A stretch of 64,000 bases of DNA, from contig JBAXXP010000003.1 in NCBI GenBank assembly GCA_037127815.1, positions 24,096 through 88,095 of the forward strand, read 5' to 3'. This DNA is from a bacterium (lineage in GTDB: Bacteria > Patescibacteriota > Minisyncoccia > Phycocordibacterales > CAIZLB01). Each line of letters opens with the position of its first letter. Position 1 is the stretch's first letter. The notes under the pieces are model-generated. The model had not been told where the DNA came from. It did no database searches and worked only from the letters and a program-made list of their open reading frames with translations. The position numbers and the translations under genes were made by a program. Below are positions 19,034 through 28,024 of the stretch, in pieces.

Positions 19034-20347
19034 ATGAAAATACAAAAACCGCTACAAGTGACTCCTGACGAGGTCGCACCAATTAAGTACTGTCTTTACG
19101 CACGTAAATCAACCGAGCAAGAGGATAAGCAAGCATTATCAATAGAATCGCAGGTTAAAGAGATGATAATTCTAGCCGAGCGAGAGGGGTTGGAAATAGT
19201 CGAAATTAAGCGAGAATCGCACTCCTCCAAGGAGGTTGGGCAAAGACCTGTGTATAACGAGCTTATCAATGAAATCAGACAAGGCAAGTTCAACGGAATT
19301 CTGACATGGGCACCTGACAGGCTAAGTAGAAACGCTGGAGACCTAGGATCAGTAGTTGATCTTATGGATCAGAAGCTTCTACATGAAATAAGGACTTATG
19401 GACAGAAGTTTACAAATAATCCAAATGAAAAGTTCTTACTGATGATTCTTGGTTCACAAGCAAAGCTTGAGAATGACAACAAGATGGTAAATGTGAAGCG
19501 AGGACTTAGAGCGAGGTGTGAGATGGGACTATGGCCGTCCGTTCCCCCAACTGGGTACCTAAGCCACTCTGATAGAAATAAAAAATGTGAAGTATTACCT
19601 GATGAACAGAGAGCTTGTGTGATTAAACAAATGTTTGAAAAAGTTGCATACGATGGATGGTCAGGTCGAAAACTTTTCAAGTGGTTAGAAGAAGATATAC
19701 GATTTAAGACAAAACATGGAAAAGCACTGACATTGAGTAATGTATACATAATTCTCAAAAGTACCTTCTACTATGGTGAGTTTGAATATCCAAAAGGAAG
19801 TGGACAATGGTATGTAGGAAAACATGAGCCAATCATAACCAAAGATTTATATAACCAAGTACAGGATAAGATAACAAATGATCACTTAACGAGAACCCAA
19901 GATAAAGAGTTTGCGTTTACTAAGATGATCACCTGTGGACTATGTGGATCAGGAATTACCGCTGATGAGAAATTCAAGAAACTCAAAGACGGAACAACAA
20001 ACAGATACGTATATTATGGATGTACAAAGTTTAAAGATAAGGATTGTCCGTGTGGATACATACGAGAAGAAGACCTAATCGAACAGTTGGCAAATATATT
20101 AGATACAGTTTCGTTAGATGAAATAGGTATGAAATATAAGATCAAAACTGAAATTGAGTCACACAACGAATTTCAAGAGTCAGTATTAGGAAAGGAGGTG
20201 AAAGAGAAAACAAAGATTAAAGATGTTGATATAAGAAACTATGCAAAGCATATTTTGCGGAAGAGACCACTGTACGAAAAGAGAGAACTACTAAGTCATT
20301 TAAGAAGTAAATTGGTACTAAACGAAAAACAAATTAAGATTAAATAA
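19034..20347 (+). CDS. Large serine recombinase (intact)
   Basis: YARKS, DRLSRN, recombinase domain and CGLCG zinc ribbon; close paralog of 2644-3972. Confidence 0.93.
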   Translation: MKIQKPLQVTPDEVAPIKYCLYARKSTEQEDKQALSIESQVKEMIILAEREGLEIVEIKRESHSSKEVGQRPVYNELINEIRQGKFNGILTWAPDRLSRNAGDLGSVVDLMDQKLLHEIRTYGQKFTNNPNEKFLLMILGSQAKLENDNKMVNVKRGLRARCEMGLWPSVPPTGYLSHSDRNKKCEVLPDEQRACVIKQMFEKVAYDGWSGRKLFKWLEEDIRFKTKHGKALTLSNVYIILKSTFYYGEFEYPKGSGQWYVGKHEPIITKDLYNQVQDKITNDHLTRTQDKEFAFTKMITCGLCGSGITADEKFKKLKDGTTNRYVYYGCTKFKDKDCPCGYIREEDLIEQLANILDTVSLDEIGMKYKIKTEIESHNEFQESVLGKEVKEKTKIKDVDIRNYAKHILRKRPLYEKRELLSHLRSKLVLNEKQIKIK

Positions 20348-23300
20348 CCTCTGGAGTGATCGCATCAGAATTAATCTTTTCGGCATTTACTACTTCTGCA
20401 AGATAATCGTCTAAGACTTTGAAAACAGGTGCGAGATCCTCTCTATATGTTGCTGTGTAATTACCAACATACAACGTCTTTTCTTTTTCATTAAGATTCA
20501 TTGCCTTTATGGCGCTAGAATTTTTTTGCCAATATTCAGCTAATTTTTCCTTATGTAAAACCTTTGTAAATTCGTTAATGTGAGGAATATAATTCCGACC
20601 ATCTTCTCTTGCAGATGCAAATACACTTGCGAAATTTCTTAAAAGATAATCGATGAAATGCTCTACATTCTCGGGTGATGAAGGATTAAAGCACACGTCA
20701 AAGATGTAATCATTTATAGCATCAGCAATTTGATGACGGTCATCGTTTCCTGTTGGATCATAATATCCACAACCAACACCACTGCTTATTATTGAATTTC
20801 CAAGTTGATAAATAGTAAAGCCTGTTATTATACTCTTAAGTACAGCGACTTGTTTATCTAAATCACCTTGAGAAATCTTGCTATTAATGACTTGTGATTC
20901 TAGATAGTCTTTATACTGGCCTGCTAAATCTTTCAGTTCTAGATTTGATATTTCCTCAAAAATGTTTCGCTTAGTATCTATATACTGCTTTTTAAAAATA
21001 TCGAAGACTTTCTGTGATATTTCCCGCATTTCTTCCTTGGCAATCACTTGAGTATTTCCTTCAGTTGGTGCACCCTTATCAGAATGTTTTGATAATGCAC
21101 GACTCAAATCAAAAATATCTCCACCTCTGTCAGCACTGCAATACAAGCGAAACGCCATAAGATCGTAGAGTCCGAGAACACCTCTTGTCGGTAATGAAAG
21201 TTTTTCCAAAACACCACAGCCAGAGTGTTCTCCTTCTCCGAAAATCCATTCAGCAATTTCCTTTATGTTTTTTTCTGTATTCCCAGAATGTTTTCCTGAA
21301 TCATCACTCCATCCAGCATCATTCAATAGACGTATCAAGAATAGATCTGAGTCTTTTCTTAATCCTACACCAATATTCTCTATTTCAATATGCGAATAAT
21401 CAGGCAGATTATCAAGTAAATGGGTAATAAGTATATTACTAATATTTGGAGGTAAACTTCGAGCATTGTTTACTATAATTCGCCACAGCTTTGCACGAGT
21501 AAACTCACCTTTATCAAAGGCAAATTTCGGGTCAGCAAATGCATCTTCAATAGTTTTTGAACCTGAGGCTATCTCGTCTTTCCAGTTAGCGTAAAACCTA
21601 TGCTGTTCTGTATCTTCAGGTTTAGCAAATTCGACTATTAATCGCAAATACGCTTCCAAATTTCTTCCATTTGTCCATCCACCATTAAAACAGGCATATG
21701 AGGTTTTAATATCTTCTGATACACCATCTATACGAGCATACGTATCTCGGTGCGGAAACTCTGCATTTGTACCAAGTCTTACATTAACATCAAAAATCCT
21801 ATCAAGAAGAAATTTTTGACGACTCATGTCGGGAAAGTGTTTTATATATTCAGTGTAGTATGTTGAATTTTTATACTCTGATTCACTAAATGATCCTCTT
21901 CTCTGACTACTGTCCTCTATAGGATATCCATCTTCATGAGGTAGAACTAACGAAAAAAAACCTCGACTACCGTTTGTCTCGCTATCATAGATTTTTCTAA
22001 AAATATTTGGAAAGTGAATATAAATCAAAAGGAGGTGAATAAGATCTTGCTTATCAAAGTCAGTATTTTGAAAATCTGTACTTTCAAGTTCAAAAAGAAC
22101 CACCGTATTAATCAGTCTTTTAAGCTTTCTGACATCGCCAATAAATGGAAGATAGTTATGGTAGCCTGACGATTTATATATATCAAGTAAGCCACCTAAT
22201 GCCTGACGAACAAGAATAGGATCTACCAACTTAGTAGAAACAGCCTTATCAAGATTATCTGAAACATACTTAGCAAGATTTTCTTTATCAAGAAAAAGAC
22301 TAATTTTTATATTTACAAATTTTTCAAGAAACTCGCTTATCTTTTCAGCGTCAGGTGTCTCAGATTCAAGAATCCCTATATTTTCTGTATCATAACAAAG
22401 CACATAAGAAATATTTGGTAATACAAAGCTCTTTCTAATAACAAATAAAATATCCTTTATTTCAGAAAAAGTCATTCTATCTAAATCATCAACAATAATA
22501 ATAACTTTCTTTTTAAATCTTTTTAATACGGCATTTAAATCATCAAAAGCTTCGTCTGCGGTATAATCTACAGTCAATGTTGGTAAACTAAAACCAAAGA
22601 TTGAAAAACGATTAACCTCTCTAAGTAATCTAGCATATCTCGAAATCAAAGGTTTTATTTCTGGTACGAATGAATCTTTTTGAATTGAGTGTATTAATCC
22701 ATCAACAAAAACCTCCAATAAGTTTTTGCTCCCAGCATACCTCAAGGGGTTAAACTTAAAAATAACAGTTTTATTACTCTGATTTTCATCCCAATGTTCT
22801 TTACAAAAATTTATAAAAGAGGATTTACCAATACCCCAAGGAGCATCAACTCCAAAGACAAAACTTTCTGAGTTTCCATTATTGAAGACTCTTTCAGCAA
22901 ATTTATTAGCCTTATCAGCAAGATTGAGCAGATCATTTTTTCTTTCCTTAAGTTCATGATCTGAGAGAAAATTTGATTCAGTTTCTTTTTTCTTCCAAGA
23001 AATTGATCTGAAAATAACAAAAGCAGTAAGGATTACTGGAGCAAAAACTAAAATCAGTAATTGCTGAAATGAAAATGATATGACTAATTTTTTATACCAA
23101 TCATATAAAAATCCTCCCCATGCTACATCTATCCAAATACCGAAACAAAGAGCCGTTAAAACATCAAAACGATAGCTTCTATAAAATTTACACAGATCTT
23201 GAACAGTATCTCGTATCAACACATAAAACAATGTCGTAATAATACCCAATGACGCCCCCAAAATAATCCATCCTTCATGACCAAACTTCGATATTGCATT

Positions 23301-23477
23301 GTTTAATTGAAGAGAAAAAGCTTGTGAAAAATAGAAAACCTCAACAAATAAAATACCAAAAAATACTGTTTTTATAATGACAATAAGATTCGCCGTAATA
23401 AGCCCAGGATCAGAAAAATAGTCCTTAAATTTAGAATATTGTTGTTGGGTCCTTTTCAAAAGTGTAGTTTGCTTCAT
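20340..23477 (-). CDS. KAP-family P-loop NTPase with N-terminal TM helices
   Basis: About four TM helices, APWGIGKS Walker A, IIVDDLDR Walker B, FLEKFV and RKLKRLIN. Start set at ATG 23477. Confidence 0.85.
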   Translation of the reverse strand: MKQTTLLKRTQQQYSKFKDYFSDPGLITANLIVIIKTVFFGILFVEVFYFSQAFSLQLNNAISKFGHEGWIILGASLGIITTLFYVLIRDTVQDLCKFYRSYRFDVLTALCFGIWIDVAWGGFLYDWYKKLVISFSFQQLLILVFAPVILTAFVIFRSISWKKKETESNFLSDHELKERKNDLLNLADKANKFAERVFNNGNSESFVFGVDAPWGIGKSSFINFCKEHWDENQSNKTVIFKFNPLRYAGSKNLLEVFVDGLIHSIQKDSFVPEIKPLISRYARLLREVNRFSIFGFSLPTLTVDYTADEAFDDLNAVLKRFKKKVIIIVDDLDRMTFSEIKDILFVIRKSFVLPNISYVLCYDTENIGILESETPDAEKISEFLEKFVNIKISLFLDKENLAKYVSDNLDKAVSTKLVDPILVRQALGGLLDIYKSSGYHNYLPFIGDVRKLKRLINTVVLFELESTDFQNTDFDKQDLIHLLLIYIHFPNIFRKIYDSETNGSRGFFSLVLPHEDGYPIEDSSQRRGSFSESEYKNSTYYTEYIKHFPDMSRQKFLLDRIFDVNVRLGTNAEFPHRDTYARIDGVSEDIKTSYACFNGGWTNGRNLEAYLRLIVEFAKPEDTEQHRFYANWKDEIASGSKTIEDAFADPKFAFDKGEFTRAKLWRIIVNNARSLPPNISNILITHLLDNLPDYSHIEIENIGVGLRKDSDLFLIRLLNDAGWSDDSGKHSGNTEKNIKEIAEWIFGEGEHSGCGVLEKLSLPTRGVLGLYDLMAFRLYCSADRGGDIFDLSRALSKHSDKGAPTEGNTQVIAKEEMREISQKVFDIFKKQYIDTKRNIFEEISNLELKDLAGQYKDYLESQVINSKISQGDLDKQVAVLKSIITGFTIYQLGNSIISSGVGCGYYDPTGNDDRHQIADAINDYIFDVCFNPSSPENVEHFIDYLLRNFASVFASAREDGRNYIPHINEFTKVLHKEKLAEYWQKNSSAIKAMNLNEKEKTLYVGNYTATYREDLAPVFKVLDDYLAEVVNAEKINSDAITPEVI

Positions 23478-23585
23478 AACGGCAATTATACTGTTATTTT
23501 GAAAAAGTTCGAGCCCATGACTGGTGCTCAAAAATATTCTTCCTAAACGACCATTTTAGGTGTTTAGGTAGGTCTCACTAAACTG

Positions 23586-23656
23586 CTGGGAGACTAGGAA
23601 TCGAACCTAGATTAAAAGCTTCAAAGGCTTCTGTCCTACCTTTAGACGATCTCCCA
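23586..23656 (-). tRNA. tRNA-Gln(TTG)
   Basis: TGGGAGA/TCTCCCA acceptor stem, GAAGC-CTTTGAA-GCTTT anticodon arm, GGTTCGATTCC T-arm; CCA not encoded. Confidence 0.95.
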
Positions 23657-23777
23657 ATGTTCTATACTTTAATATGAAATTGACTATAAATCAAGCCCTA
23701 TTTTAAATGGTTGGAATTGGATATTTGAGGAAGTGAAAATGCGGCGCGCCTGATGGGCGCGCCGCATGCCGAATCTA

Positions 23778-24224
23778 TCAACAGTCATCTCCCTTGGGGC
23801 CGGAGGGGTTTGGGACGATCTTGAAATCAAGATCAACAAATCGCTTATAATTTTGCTCCAGTGTAATCTGGTTCCAAACAAGTGCACTATAGCCGATCAC
23901 ACCTATCAGGACCTCAAAGGATCCATAGCAATGGAAGCCACCGTGGGCAATTGAGAATAGTGGTATAAACAGAGCGAGTCCAAATGAAATAGCTGCGCAA
24001 AGCTTCCTAATGACGTCATACATTGGCTCAATTGAGGCCTCGTCTTCCTCTTCCTTGCATATTTGCCTAAACTCATCAATCCTGTAATAGATAAACATGA
24101 TGTATGGGAGTATAACCAACACCTTCATAATCCACAGTCTAACTAGACCCTCGGGGTGAATTGCTGACAATAGAACAAGAATGAACGCACCTATAATGGT
24201 CGTCCACATGATTTTCGATTTCAT
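23778..24224 (-). CDS. Multi-pass membrane hypothetical protein
   Basis: Four hydrophobic segments; own TTGACG-N17-CATAAT promoter at ~24279-24307 (-). Confidence 0.65.
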   Translation of the reverse strand: MKSKIMWTTIIGAFILVLLSAIHPEGLVRLWIMKVLVILPYIMFIYYRIDEFRQICKEEEDEASIEPMYDVIRKLCAAISFGLALFIPLFSIAHGGFHCYGSFEVLIGVIGYSALVWNQITLEQNYKRFVDLDFKIVPNPSGPKGDDC

Positions 24225-24319
24225 AATATCTGAATGTTTGGGTTGAATTGAAAACTGAATCAGGTTTGATCCTCTGGGATTATGTCAGAGCTTGGGTTTT
24301 GCGTCAAATATTGATTTTC

Positions 24320-24349
24320 TTGACTTTTATTGATAGCGTTTGCTATAAT
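24320..24349 (+). promoter_or_regulatory. Consensus-like sigma70 promoter
   Basis: TTGACT-N18-TATAAT with extended -10 TG; no substantial ORF downstream. Confidence 0.6.
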
Positions 24350-24355
24350 AGTAAC

Positions 24356-24478
24356 ATGTCACTTCGTGGTATGGACCACGAAGCTCCGAGGAATCCACAG
24401 TAATTCAAGATGATTCCGTTTAAATTTGCTTCATCAAAGAAGCTCCGAAAAAACCATCCGCAAGGGTGGTTTTTGTTT
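24356..24478 (+). ncRNA. Putative small structured RNA convergent with MazF/PemK toxin
   Basis: Hairpins CTTCGTGGT/ACCACGAAG, GGAATC/GATTCC and GCTTC/GAAGC; GAAGCTCCGA repeated twice; terminator CCATCC-GCAA-GGGTGG-TTTTT. Confidence 0.5.
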
Positions 24479-24480
24479 TG

Positions 24481-24885
24481 TTAGATTAAAAAAGAAAGGA
24501 GTTTTGCCTTCACCCTTTCAAAATCACTTATATTCATATCCTCTATTTTCCTTATAAATCTTTTAAGACTGACTGAACGAGTCTGCGCCATATTCACTGC
24601 ATTTGGTATGCTTTTTCCATTTAAAAAATATACAAAATTTTTGTCGTCTTTCATCTTACTCGTAGTTGGCGCAACTAATGCTCCATATTTATTAAAAATC
24701 TTAATAACAACAACAGGTCTTTCAAAACCATGATTTTTACCACTTACTTCAACTCCAATATTTTGACCTAGGTTTACCCACCATATTTCTCTTGCTTTTG
24801 GATATAAAAATCTTTCAGATTTATGTATTCTTATTTTCAGATTATTCCACTTATTAAAAATTTCCGATATTTCATCATTATTCAT
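24481..24885 (-). CDS. MazF/PemK-family endoribonuclease toxin
   Basis: REIWWVNLGQNIGVEVSGK..FERPVVVIK...VAPTTSK...QTRSVSLKR. Confidence 0.85.
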   Translation of the reverse strand: MNNDEISEIFNKWNNLKIRIHKSERFLYPKAREIWWVNLGQNIGVEVSGKNHGFERPVVVIKIFNKYGALVAPTTSKMKDDKNFVYFLNGKSIPNAVNMAQTRSVSLKRFIRKIEDMNISDFERVKAKLLSFLI

Positions 24886-24981
24886 TCTAGAATTATAAAA
24901 TATGGAACCCTCAAATATTCTAAATATTTCCTAAAGAAAAACGAAAGAATTTATGAGATACACATGAAATTGAAGCTGGGT

Positions 24982-26064
24982 CTACTCCAAACACTCCGCC
25001 ACAACCATCTCAAGTGGTAAGGTTGGAATCGCGCTTTTTCCAAGTCTTCCGTGAGCAATCAATAGTCTCTCTAGTATTAGAGATATCTTCTTTGGTGACT
25101 TCATCGCTAGTCTTTCTGCATCTGTTGCACTTCCCTTCTCTTGATCAAATGCAATTGGCTCACCTGGAGCTCTCACACTTCCACTACTCATACTCATAAG
25201 TAATGTCTTTCTAACACTTTCAAGAACAAGCTCGGTGAACAACTTCACATCTCCTCCATTTTCTCTAACTGCATCAAGTTGTGCCAGGGCAAGTGGGGCG
25301 TCTCCAGTTATTATTCCTCTTGCGAAACTACCAACAGTTACACTCTTTGGAGCTCCTGTAATTTGTTCAACTTCAGCAAGACTGATTTCTTTTTTATCAT
25401 CCCCTGCAAGAGAAAGAACTTTTTGCAAAACACTCAATGTGTCTCTAAATGATCCATCGCCAAGAAGAGCCAAGAGACTACCTACTTCATCGTCAATTGT
25501 AATTCCCTCTTTCTTTGCAATATCAATCGATATTTTTTTTAGAACTTCTACATTTGGTTTCTTGAATTGAAAAGTCTGACATCGTGAAATAACGGTTTCT
25601 GGCAACTTATGCATTTCTGTTGTTGCGAGAATAAATATTACATGTTTTGGGGGCTCTTCTAGAGTTTTCAGGAATGCATTAAAGGCCGATTTTGAAAGCA
25701 TATGTACCTCGTCCAAAATATAAACTTTGTAAGCTGAATCAAAAGGCATTGTATGCACTGATTCATTTAATGTTCTTATATCATCAACACTAGTGTTTGA
25801 TGCGGCATCAATTTCATATAGATCTTTATCAGTTGTACCAAGCTCACGAGCAAAAATTCTAGCAACACTTGTTTTTCCTGTCCCTCTTCCTCCACAGAAT
25901 AGATATGCATGAGCAACCTTTCCTGATTTTATTGAATCCTGAAGAACTGAGACAATATGCTCCTGTCCTATTACTTCAGAGAAATTTGCTGGACGATATA
26001 TTCTATATAAGGACGAGTGATGTGTTTGAGATGTTGTTGTTTGCTGTGTGGTTTTTGAAGACAT
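24982..26064 (-). CDS. dnaX: DNA polymerase III subunit gamma/tau
   Basis: YRPANF, GRGTGKT, EIDAAS, LDEVHML, LKTLEEPP and SRC motifs. Confidence 0.95.
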   Translation of the reverse strand: MSSKTTQQTTTSQTHHSSLYRIYRPANFSEVIGQEHIVSVLQDSIKSGKVAHAYLFCGGRGTGKTSVARIFARELGTTDKDLYEIDAASNTSVDDIRTLNESVHTMPFDSAYKVYILDEVHMLSKSAFNAFLKTLEEPPKHVIFILATTEMHKLPETVISRCQTFQFKKPNVEVLKKISIDIAKKEGITIDDEVGSLLALLGDGSFRDTLSVLQKVLSLAGDDKKEISLAEVEQITGAPKSVTVGSFARGIITGDAPLALAQLDAVRENGGDVKLFTELVLESVRKTLLMSMSSGSVRAPGEPIAFDQEKGSATDAERLAMKSPKKISLILERLLIAHGRLGKSAIPTLPLEMVVAECLE

Positions 26065-26124
26065 AAGGAGAGTATAGCATCTATTAGTGTGGTGGTGGAA
26101 GCTATAAACAAAACAATAATATTA

Positions 26125-26802
26125 CTATTCCAATAAATCAATTTCACAAAGAGTACTATGGTCAGTTGTTGGATTGTTAACTAAATAATAAGGTGTTCTG
26201 TCCATAAAACCAGATAGTGCTGGAGATGGACATTGTGTGCCACTACCCTCTTGGGCCCAAATTATTGTAACAGCATTTATACCGGGATAATCTATGCCTG
26301 AATTTTTGTAATAAGCTATACCTAATGACTGAAAACCCCAAGAAGCACCTGTACCATCTACCAGGGATACTTTGGTATTTTCTACAGGTATTTTACCAAT
26401 ATCCACGTAAGGTAATAAAGCTGCTCCGAGCCCATCACTAAAATCTGAACTTGTATCATTACGTACTCCGCTAGTCCACCCAGTAAAGTAACAGGTACCT
26501 GTACATTTACCATACCAAACGATATTATAGGTAAGAGGGTTTCCAACACCATATGTTCCTCCAGAAAATGTATGAGTATTTGGATATTTACCATTAGCCG
26601 TCCTGTACAATTCTAAAGCATTAATCAATTGTTTTACAGACTGAAACCTTGCTGTATTTCTTGCTTTGATTCTCGCACTCTGAACACTCACCAAAACAAC
26701 ACTTGAAAGCATGGCAATTATAGAAATGACCACCATTAGCTCAATTAGTGTGAACCCCCCCCCCCGTTTTGTTTTTATTCTAATAGAACTATTGAGTGAC
26801 AT
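26125..26802 (-). CDS. Type IV pilin-like protein
   Basis: G|FTLIELMVVISII prepilin cleavage/methylation motif; G11 tract in the leader. Confidence 0.9.
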   Translation of the reverse strand: MSLNSSIRIKTKRGGGFTLIELMVVISIIAMLSSVVLVSVQSARIKARNTARFQSVKQLINALELYRTANGKYPNTHTFSGGTYGVGNPLTYNIVWYGKCTGTCYFTGWTSGVRNDTSSDFSDGLGAALLPYVDIGKIPVENTKVSLVDGTGASWGFQSLGIAYYKNSGIDYPGINAVTIIWAQEGSGTQCPSPALSGFMDRTPYYLVNNPTTDHSTLCEIDLLE

Positions 26803-27103
26803 GATTTTTAAAATTAAATAATGGAGGGTTTGCAGGATCTATCGTTTGACTAGGTTCACCTCCAGAAAAAATAGTGAAGCCAAAAAAAGACTTCAAGCAA
26901 ACAAAAGTTACCACTATACACACCACGACAATACCAAGCATAAAGTAATTTACTTGAGTGTCATTCTTAAATAAACCCCAGCTCATAAAAAAGCTTTTTA
27001 GGCCCTTCTTTGCAGGATTCTGTGCTACTGCAAAGTTTCTCGAACCATTTGCAAAACTTTGTGCACTATATTTATTTTCTTCCTCAAATTGAATATCTGA
27101 CAT
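26789..27103 (-). CDS. Small single-TM hypothetical protein
   Basis: Hydrophobic segment FMLGIVVVCIVVTFVCL. Confidence 0.65.
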   Translation of the reverse strand: MSDIQFEEENKYSAQSFANGSRNFAVAQNPAKKGLKSFFMSWGLFKNDTQVNYFMLGIVVVCIVVTFVCLKSFFGFTIFSGGEPSQTIDPANPPLFNFKNHVTQ

Positions 27104-27118
27104 GTTATTAGGATTATA

Positions 27119-27997
27119 TCATAATCCTAATGCATTTATGCAATATCTAAGACCAGTGTTTGTTGGACCATCGTTAAAAAGATGACCTAAATGGGATCCA
27201 CAGAATGCACATTTTACTTCTGTTCTTTTCATTCCCAAACTATTGTCTTCCTTGAGTTCTATTGTCCCCTCTATCGCTCTATCAAATGATGGCCATCCGC
27301 AACCGGAATTAAATTTTGTTCCTGTCTCAAATAGTTCATTTTTGCATCCTGCACATCTGTAAACTCCCGTCTTATCAGCTTCAATATTTTTGCCCGTAAA
27401 TGGCGCTTCTGTTTCTGATTGACGTAGAATTTTATATTGTTCAGGTGATAAAGTTGTACTCCACAACAGGGGTGCAATTTCTTTCTGTAATTTCTCTAAT
27501 TTTGGCGCGATAACGAGCTGACAATATGGCGCAGTTTTGTGTAATGCAAAATAGTCTTGATGACTAATTTCTGCAAGAGTAAATTCCCCTGGCTCCCCAT
27601 CCTTTGGAAGAGCTTTAATTTCTGTAGCTACATTTTCCAAATTTTTAATAAATTTTTCAGCTTCCGTTTTTTGATCCTCTGTTGTATATAAAATTATTGA
27701 TCTGTATTGTGTTCCAATGTCATTTCCTTGTCTATTTATCTGCGTGTAATCATGTGATGAGAAAAATACTTTCAAAATATTTTCTGTGGAAATAAGTGCG
27801 GAATTATATTCAACCTTAATTACCTCTGCATGGTCTGTTGTTCCTGTGCAAATTTCTGGGTAAGTTGGGCTAAAAGTCTTTCCGCCGGCATATCCTGGAA
27901 ATACATTAAGCACCCCTTTAACATCTTTAAGAACTGCTTCTGTACACCAAAAGCATCCTCCTCCGAGAATAATAGTTTCTTTTATTGGTTTTGCCAT
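27119..27997 (-). CDS. msrAB: Methionine sulfoxide reductase MsrA-MsrB fusion
   Basis: GCFWC and GTQYRS (MsrA); GWPSF, HLGHLF and RYCIN (MsrB). Confidence 0.93.
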   Translation of the reverse strand: MAKPIKETIILGGGCFWCTEAVLKDVKGVLNVFPGYAGGKTFSPTYPEICTGTTDHAEVIKVEYNSALISTENILKVFFSSHDYTQINRQGNDIGTQYRSIILYTTEDQKTEAEKFIKNLENVATEIKALPKDGEPGEFTLAEISHQDYFALHKTAPYCQLVIAPKLEKLQKEIAPLLWSTTLSPEQYKILRQSETEAPFTGKNIEADKTGVYRCAGCKNELFETGTKFNSGCGWPSFDRAIEGTIELKEDNSLGMKRTEVKCAFCGSHLGHLFNDGPTNTGLRYCINALGL

Positions 27998-28024
27998 AGT
28001 GACTATATTATACTCCTTTTAAAT

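Larger units (their letters stand above)
1..23584. mobile_element. Composite defence/phage-satellite-like genomic island adjacent to tRNA-Gln 3' end (left boundary outside window)
   Basis: Two large serine recombinases, RM systems, terminase-like genes and a KAP NTPase. Gene content switches towards housekeeping genes after the tRNA at 23586. Confidence 0.8.

Noticed and set aside
24982-26064. Short dnaX as a truncated pseudogene
   Set aside because: All clamp-loader motifs and a clean C-terminal LPLEM helix are present; compact DnaX is plausible in a reduced genome.
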